64,000 nt of DNA. Source: a virus. Both the position numbers and the translations under genes were made by a program. The DNA lies in the IMG/VR virus record IMGVR_UViG_3300047498_000060, positions 119,296 through 183,295 of that record; one strand, given 5' to 3'. How positions within the stretch are numbered: position 1 is the stretch's first letter; the number at the start of each line of letters is the position of its first letter. Below the pieces are notes generated by a model. The model was not told where the DNA came from. It worked only from the letters and a program-made list of their open reading frames with translations, and did no database searches. Below are positions 62,577 to 64,000 of the stretch, one piece after another.

Positions 62577-64000
62577 AGGATCCTCGTTGTTCCTACTGCC
62601 GACGGGAGCATCGTGGTCATGCTGTAGGGTACCAGAGAGGGCACAGGTGCAGGTACTACGGGGAGAGGCGGGCCTGCGGGAAGCGCCCTGCCGGAGAACG
62701 AGAACTGGGGCGACAAGAAGGTTCCGATCCGCAATGCGCTCTGTCCCTGCGCCACGTCTACCAGCGCCGTTGAGCTGCGAGGAAACGGCAGAGCAACCGT
62801 GTGCGCTCGCGCTTCGCCAAGGTCACGGTGCACCACCACCGTGACCGTGTCGTACGGATCCTGGATGCTCTCGAATAGACCACGCGCTCCGGCAAAGCTC
62901 CGGGCCAAGGCGTCGAGAGGCTCGCTAATGAACTCCGCTACGATCCGTCCCCCTACCGAGATCCGAGTGACCGAATCAGAAGGGACCGGCACGAACTCAC
63001 TCAGAGCCTCATTGAAGGCCACCACACGAGAAACCTGGTCGATAGGGACAGCGATGGCCTCTGCCGTAAAACGATTGCCGCCAGACGTGCGCACGACGGC
63101 ATCGAACGGCAACAGCAGGCTTTCCGTGAATGAACGCGGAGCAACGTAGGTTCTCGCTACCGCATCACTGGGCGCGGAAACGTTCTCAGCGACCACTCGG
63201 TTGCCGACGAACACTCTGGCAATCGACGTGACCGGAGTAGCGACGATCTCCGCGATCCTCTCGGAAACCCCAGTAGCCCTGACGATTGCGTCGGTCGGCG
63301 TAGTGATTGACTCACCGAGCGCTCGATAGGCCCCGTAAGCTCGCGACACCGCGTCATCTGGAGAGCTGATGAGCTCGGTGACAGCTCCCATATAGGCAGC
63401 CGTCTTAGTGGGCGTATCAGTGGGCGTCGCGATCAGCTCGAAGACCGACTGATACGCCCCGTAGATGCGCGCTACTGAATCGAACGGTGTCGCGACGTTC
63501 TCCACAACGGATCGGTAGCCCGTGAACTGCCTAGCCACTGAGTCGGATGGGGTAGAGAGCGTCTCGGGGGTAACCCTTGAGAAGGTACCGACGCGCAGCA
63601 ACGCACCAGTGGGGGGCGTAATAGCCTCCGAAACGGCACGTCGGCCGACGAACCGCCGAACAACGGAACCAACAGGTGCCGCCACAGTCTCTGCAATTCC
63701 TCGGCGGCCCGTGAACTGTCTAGCAGGCGTACCAGTAGGAGTAGATAGAATCTCCGCAACGGCCCTCGAGAGGACGCCACCATGAACCACTGAATCAGTA
63801 GGAGTAGAGAACGTCTCTGGGATAGCCCTCGACAAGACTCCACCATGAACCACTGAATCGATAGGGGTCGTAAGAATCTCTGGAATAGCCCTCGACAAGA
63901 CTCCGTTGCGAGCCACTGAGTCGGATGGGGTAGAGAGCGTCTCGGGGGTAATTCTAAAGAGGACTCCGTTGCGAGTCACAGAATCGGTAGCGGTCGTAAG
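62573..64000 (-). CDS. Fibre-like protein of 21-aa tandem repeats (5' end beyond window)
   Basis: Frame is open to the edge. At least 18 units of ExxxxPxDxVxRxxxxxRxxx. Confidence 0.8.
   Translation of the reverse strand, partial: LTTATDSVTRNGVLFRITPETLSTPSDSVARNGVLSRAIPEILTTPIDSVVHGGVLSRAIPETFSTPTDSVVHGGVLSRAVAEILSTPTGTPARQFTGRRGIAETVAAPVGSVVRRFVGRRAVSEAITPPTGALLRVGTFSRVTPETLSTPSDSVARQFTGYRSVVENVATPFDSVARIYGAYQSVFELIATPTDTPTKTAAYMGAVTELISSPDDAVSRAYGAYRALGESITTPTDAIVRATGVSERIAEIVATPVTSIARVFVGNRVVAENVSAPSDAVARTYVAPRSFTESLLLPFDAVVRTSGGNRFTAEAIAVPIDQVSRVVAFNEALSEFVPVPSDSVTRISVGGRIVAEFISEPLDALARSFAGARGLFESIQDPYDTVTVVVHRDLGEARAHTVALPFPRSSTALVDVAQGQSALRIGTFLSPQFSFSGRALPAGPPLPVVPAPVPSLVPYSMTTMLPSAVGTTRIL
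63533..63951. repeat. 63-bp-period coding repeats, including an exact 41-bp duplication
   Basis: AGCCACTGAGTCGGATGGGGTAGAGAGCGTCTCGGGGGTAA at 63533 and 63911, 378 bp (6 x 63) apart. Confidence 0.9.

Noticed and set aside
63533-63990. Regularly spaced direct repeats as a possible CRISPR array
   Set aside because: In-frame 63-bp coding repeats with no unique spacers.
1-64000. Alternative genetic code, tRNAs, diversity-generating retroelement
   Set aside because: Core genes are intact in code 11 using all three stops. No cloverleaf was seen in the few gaps and no reverse transcriptase motifs were found.

Overview
This window is a 64-kb internal segment of a large, GC-rich (about 60-65% by eye) tailed dsDNA phage, probably contractile-tailed, and both ends cut genes. 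Virion genes lie on the minus strand: major capsid protein (cut at the left edge), decoration/scaffold-like proteins, an intein-containing prohead protease, an intein-containing GpA-type terminase, portal, baseplate spike and wedge, tail fibre, holin and a 21-aa-repeat protein. Replication and recombination genes lie on the plus strand: MoxR AAA plus VWA-peptidase, SF2 helicase, UDG, DnaB, DnaG, gp32-like SSB, PolA, HU, RecA, a Cas4-like nuclease and two resolvases. The main points are: (1) a ~2170-aa single-chain beta-beta' RNA polymerase inside the virion block, lacking the beta' zinc finger and with a rewritten rifampicin pocket; (2) two candidate promoter classes, sigma70-like and often leaderless on the virion strand and a GATAAG-like motif on the replication strand; (3) a K-x-A(S/A/G) motif repeated dozens of times in head proteins, bracketing Gly/Ala-rich amphipathic peptides; (4) a G_GGA_AAA -1 frameshift candidate at the end of a Pro/Gln-rich gene, absent from the ORF track; (5) an EndoVII nuclease broken by a 7-nt repeat collapse. 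No tRNA, rRNA, CRISPR array or integrase was seen. All calls come from motif recognition by eye and no database search was run.
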